A DNA stretch of 64,000 nucleotides from NCBI GenBank assembly GCA_963827235.1, contig CAWHAE010000010.1, forward strand, positions 672,001-736,000, given 5' to 3'. The notes under the pieces were generated by a model that was not told the DNA's origin, did no database searches, and saw nothing but the letters and a program-made list of their open reading frames with translations. Below, in pieces: positions 60,303 through 64,000 of the stretch (position 1 is its first letter; each line of letters starts with the position of its first letter). The stretch is from an uncultured bacterium. Lineage in GTDB: Bacteria; Chloroflexota; UBA5177; JANWHV01. The translations under genes and the position numbers were made by a program.

Positions 60303-61679
60303 TCAGGCCCTGGTCACAGCGGAGCGCCTGGACTGCAGCGCCTCCGCCCGGCGAGCCTGCTCCTTGGCATCAGCGATTCGCCCCGCCTGGAGGTAGAGAA
60401 TGCTCAGGTCGCGGCGAAGCTTGGAATTGGATGGATCGCGGGACACCTCGTATTCGAGCTGGGTAATAGTGACCACGCGGCGCGGCGGCGGCTTGACCGG
60501 TGAAGGAATGGTCGGAGTTTCAGCCGGAGGAAGGGCAGGAACGGCGGGCAAGGGACCGGCCGAAGCCGCTACGGCCGTCACCGGCGGAGGCGTCTCGCCT
60601 GGTCCATCGGCGCCGGTTGGTCGGCGTTGCGCGCCGATGAGGCGGGGCAGGCGGGAGCGTGAAAGCTGCTCGAGTACCGATCGGGGCGGCGGGGGGCCGG
60701 CGTGATCGCTCGCTGCGTCTTCGCGCCCTGCACCGGCCTGCACGTCGTCGACCTGGCGCCGCGGCGCCGATTCCGGGACCGGCGGTGCAGCCGTCCCTCT
60801 TTTGCTCGATCGGGCCTGCATCATTGCCGCCCACGGGTTCGACCCGAAGTTGGCCCCGGTGCCGCCAAACTCCGACTTCAGTCGCGTAAGCTGCGCCTGG
60901 TAGAACATTTTCCGGTCGGCGGGCAGGCGGTCGATGACTTCTTTGTACAGCGTCTCCGCGTCGGACATCCGGCCCCGCTTGGCCAGAACACGACCAAGAG
61001 ATTGCAGCACCTGGTCGTCGCACGGCCCGTTGCGGTTAGCGGCCTGCAGAAGGTCGATCGCTCGATCGACGTCGCCCTGTTTCTCCATCAAGCCGGCAAG
61101 GGCACACTGAGCGCCTCTGTCATCCGGGCGCAGAGTCAAGACCCATTCCACGGATTGAATCGCGGTAGCGGTATCGCCCTGGCTCTCGCGGGTTGCCGCC
61201 AGCACCCTCCATCCCTCTACGTTGCGCTCGTCGCGCTTCAGGACCTGCACGGCAAGAGCCTCAGCCTTGACCGGGTTGTTCCGGCGAAGCTCAAACGCCG
61301 CGAGCGCCACCATGCCGTCCGTCGGATCCACGGTCGAGGCTGTTGTGAACTCCTCACGAGCGTCGTCGATACGGTCCAGCTGCTCGAGAATCTGCCCGCG
61401 AGAGGCGTGCAGCTGCGCATCGTTCGGTTCCAAACGAAGGGCAATGCCCAGCTGCTCGTCGGCTGCCTCATACTCCTCCAGCCTGAAGAGCGCCTGCGCC
61501 AGGTACTCGTAGGACTTCGCGTTGGCGGGATCGAGCGCCACCGCCTTGCGCAGGTCGGCGGCGGCGCGACGCGGATTGTCGTTCGTCAGGTGCGCTATGC
61601 CCGATTCCGTGAGCCCGCGAGCTTTCTGCTGGCGACCGGCGATGTCACCAGGTGACCGGAAGCGGTCGAAGACATCCAT
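60303..61679 (-). CDS. Tetratricopeptide repeat protein
   Basis: Several TPR units (A...L.KA.ALDP, L.LEP.DA, L.LRPDD), Pro-rich linker, one terminal TPR. Confidence 0.85.
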   Translation of the reverse strand: MDVFDRFRSPGDIAGRQQKARGLTESGIAHLTNDNPRRAAADLRKAVALDPANAKSYEYLAQALFRLEEYEAADEQLGIALRLEPNDAQLHASRGQILEQLDRIDDAREEFTTASTVDPTDGMVALAAFELRRNNPVKAEALAVQVLKRDERNVEGWRVLAATRESQGDTATAIQSVEWVLTLRPDDRGAQCALAGLMEKQGDVDRAIDLLQAANRNGPCDDQVLQSLGRVLAKRGRMSDAETLYKEVIDRLPADRKMFYQAQLTRLKSEFGGTGANFGSNPWAAMMQARSSKRGTAAPPVPESAPRRQVDDVQAGAGREDAASDHAGPPPPRSVLEQLSRSRLPRLIGAQRRPTGADGPGETPPPVTAVAASAGPLPAVPALPPAETPTIPSPVKPPPRRVVTITQLEYEVSRDPSNSKLRRDLSILYLQAGRIADAKEQARRAEALQSRRSAVTRA

Positions 61680-62041
61680 CCCTGCATTCCTCGCTCACCC
61701 GCTAGCCGCACGTCCGCGGAACAGTCGACTCTGGGGCGGCTCCGACCACCGCCCGGACCGGACCTCCCACACAACAGTCGCCGAGCATGCGCGATCCAGA
61801 AGAGTCCGCCTCCATTGTGGTCCAGGCTAGCATGAGCGCACGCCCTTGTCTCTCCCACATTTGTCGCGTGTTCACGGCAAAAGACGCTATCTGCGCCCTC
61901 CCAGGCGGGCAGCAGATCCGTCCGGCCCGCCACGGCGCACCAGATGTCTGCACCTACCTGCATGGGTGATACAGCCAGAGGCAAACTTGTGGTTTGATCA
62001 TCCCAGTGCAGTCGCGCACCAGGCGCGGGAAGGAATAACAC

Positions 62042-64000
62042 GTGCAGAGTATGCCGCGTGGCCTACGCGTCTACCTGTGTTTCCTGCACGCGTGTTGCCT
62101 CGCCCTGCTGGCCTACCAGATTGAGCGCGCGTTTTCAGGCCCGGTTTCCCGACCCGACAGCCAGGTTGTGCTCGCGGCGGTCGGGTACACGGCGCTCTGC
62201 ACGATCAGTAACGTGCTGAAGCTGAGCACAGCGGCCGTGGTCTGGCAGAACCTGGGCACGGCGGCGTATGTCGGCGCGCTCTTCCTCTTTGCCCCACCAT
62301 ATCCCGTTCTCATGACGCTGGCCGCGGCCGTGTTTTCGCAGATGGACTGGCAGGACACGCCGTCGTGGGTCAAGCGTGCCTTCAACGTCTCCCACGCGGT
62401 GCTGACGGTCGGGCTCACCGGCATGATCTGCTCCTTGTTCTTCCGCCCTGCCGATCTCGTGCACCATGAGTTCCTGGCCTCCCTCCCAGCCATACTCACG
62501 GTCGTCGGCGTCTTCTACGTGTTCGACGTCGGCAAGATGCTCGTCCTGCTGGTGCTGCTGGGACAGGGTTCTCCACGCGACGTCTGGAGGCGCAACTTCC
62601 GCTACACACTCGTGCCCGAGGTGGGATCGGCCTCCATCGGGGTCCTGGTGGCCATCATCTGCACCTACAACGCCTGGGCACTCGTCCTGCTCGCGCTGCC
62701 GGTAGTAGCTATGCAGACCGCGATCAAGGCCAACGCGCAAGCCGAGGAACGCGCTGAGGCGCTCAAGCGGCGCGGCAGCCAACTGGAGGCTGTGCTGGCA
62801 CTGGGGCGGAATCTGCGTCTGCAGCTCAGCCGGACCGACCTTCTCCAGGCGGTCGCGGAAGCCGCCCGCGACATCCTGGAAGCTGAGTCTGTCGCGGGTT
62901 ACCTGCGAGATGAAACCGACCCCGACTGGCTGAGCCGGGCCGTGCTGGCTCCCAAGGAATCCGTCTGTGAGGCTCCAGAGCGGCTCGCCGGCGCCTCGTG
63001 TCTGGCTCCCGAACAACCATTCGAGCTCCGCGTGCCCATCGAGCCCGATGGGAAGCGAGTCGCCGCGCTGCTGCTGGCGTCGGGCACTCCCGAGTCCGTG
63101 TGCGGAGCGGATCGCGACGCGCTGGCCATCCTGGCGGCGCAGGCCGCCATTGCCCTGCAGAATGCCATTCTGCACGAGCGGGCGCTGTCATTGGCCGCGC
63201 ACGACAGTCTCACGGAGCTGCTCAACCGGCGCGCCGTGCAGCGCCGGCTCGAGGAGGAGGTGGCGCGCGCCAAGCGCAGACACCTGCCGACCACGGTCTT
63301 GATGATCGATCTGGACGACTTCAGCAGCATAAACGACACCTACGGTCACGTGTCCGGCGACCTGGTGCTGCGAACCGTGGGCCGCGCCCTGGCGGAAAGC
63401 GTGCGCACCATGGACGTGGTCGCGCGCTACGGCGGGGACGAGTTCCTGGCTTTGCTGCCGGAGACCACGCTCGAGCAGGGCATGGTGATAGCCCAGCGCA
63501 TAGTAGACACGGTCGCGACGCAGCGCATTATCGAGGGCCCGGTGAGTGTTTGCCTCACCGCCAGCGTGGGCGTGGCAACGCTGCCCCAGCACGGCGAGTC
63601 GCCGAAGGAGCTGTTACGCCAGGCCGACCAGGCGGCCTACGCAGCCAAGCACGCCGGAAAAGGCCGCGTCGCTCGACCCGAGGACACCGTGCTCGCGCTC
63701 GACCGCGATCCCGAGGCGCTCGCCCGCCAGCTCGCCAATGCAAACATGGCCACGGTTGCCGCTCTCGCGGCTGCGGTAGACGCCAAGGACTCTTACACAC
63801 TGGGTCACTCGCATCGCGTCGCGCTCTACGCGGCAACGCTGGCCAAGGAGCTCGAGCTGGCCGGCCCGGAGATCGCGCGCATCCAGCTGTCGGGCCAGCT
63901 CCATGACGTGGGCAAGATCGGCGTGTCGGACCTGCTGCTCAAGAAACCCGGTGCGCTAACGGTCGAGGAATTCGCGGCCATCCAGCAGCATCCGGAGATT
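62042..64000 (+). CDS. Membrane sensor-GAF-GGDEF-HD-GYP protein (3' end outside window; absent from ORF track)
   Basis: RBS aggaa then GTG 62042; TM region; HDSLT.LLNRR, RTMD I-site, YGGDEF at 63428-63445; DAKDSYT.GHS.RV, LHDVGKIG. Confidence 0.92.
   Translation, partial: MQSMPRGLRVYLCFLHACCLALLAYQIERAFSGPVSRPDSQVVLAAVGYTALCTISNVLKLSTAAVVWQNLGTAAYVGALFLFAPPYPVLMTLAAAVFSQMDWQDTPSWVKRAFNVSHAVLTVGLTGMICSLFFRPADLVHHEFLASLPAILTVVGVFYVFDVGKMLVLLVLLGQGSPRDVWRRNFRYTLVPEVGSASIGVLVAIICTYNAWALVLLALPVVAMQTAIKANAQAEERAEALKRRGSQLEAVLALGRNLRLQLSRTDLLQAVAEAARDILEAESVAGYLRDETDPDWLSRAVLAPKESVCEAPERLAGASCLAPEQPFELRVPIEPDGKRVAALLLASGTPESVCGADRDALAILAAQAAIALQNAILHERALSLAAHDSLTELLNRRAVQRRLEEEVARAKRRHLPTTVLMIDLDDFSSINDTYGHVSGDLVLRTVGRALAESVRTMDVVARYGGDEFLALLPETTLEQGMVIAQRIVDTVATQRIIEGPVSVCLTASVGVATLPQHGESPKELLRQADQAAYAAKHAGKGRVARPEDTVLALDRDPEALARQLANANMATVAALAAAVDAKDSYTLGHSHRVALYAATLAKELELAGPEIARIQLSGQLHDVGKIGVSDLLLKKPGALTVEEFAAIQQHPEI

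Noticed and set aside
61860-62040. c-di-GMP-I riboswitch suggested by ggcaaac upstream of the GGDEF/HD-GYP gene
   Set aside because: Lacks the following GAAA tetraloop stem and GACGCAAAG element

Overview
GC-rich bacterial chromosomal segment. It is most consistent with Chloroflexota, inferred from DUF4012, DUF2723 and DUF5671 proteins and a Chloroflexi-type 'YG.PISE...QYF..GRLE.HPE' surface-repeat fragment. All family names below come from motif recognition by eye, with no database search. The window is a patchwork. (1) 1-6.2 kb: very GC-rich cell-surface locus with a DUF4012 protein, a CPBP protease with repeats, a secreted Gly/Cys protein, and a DUF2723 glycosyltransferase fused to a DUF4185 glycoside-hydrolase domain whose true C-terminus lies in another frame. 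(2) 6.4-12.5 kb: ABC importer converging on a TIM-barrel enzyme and a GDPD, possibly for inositol-phosphate or glycerophosphoinositol use. (3) 12.8-20.8 kb: accessory region with many remnants (truncated MazF chimera, Tn3 transposase, PAS/GAF pseudogene). (4) 20.8-29.6 kb: unknown sugar catabolic regulon (GntR, PfkB kinase, two divergent NagB-like proteins, SDR, ABC importer) driven by two mirror-image divergent promoters. (5) cydDCAB. (6) GGDEF-EAL receptor plus an orphan solute-binding protein, followed by FIST and EAL remnants. (7) Two tandem L-arabinose/L-fucose isomerase paralogs followed by a tRNA-Leu-like 3' scar. (8) Acyltransferase, DUF5666, GH26, class I aldolase and a DosS-like kinase. 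(9) uxuB-uxaC divergent from gndA and a LarA-superfamily gene, a candidate UxuA-independent hexuronate route. (10) GT2, a TPR protein and a membrane GAF-GGDEF-HD-GYP gene that runs off the window. No rRNA, intact tRNA or CRISPR array was seen.
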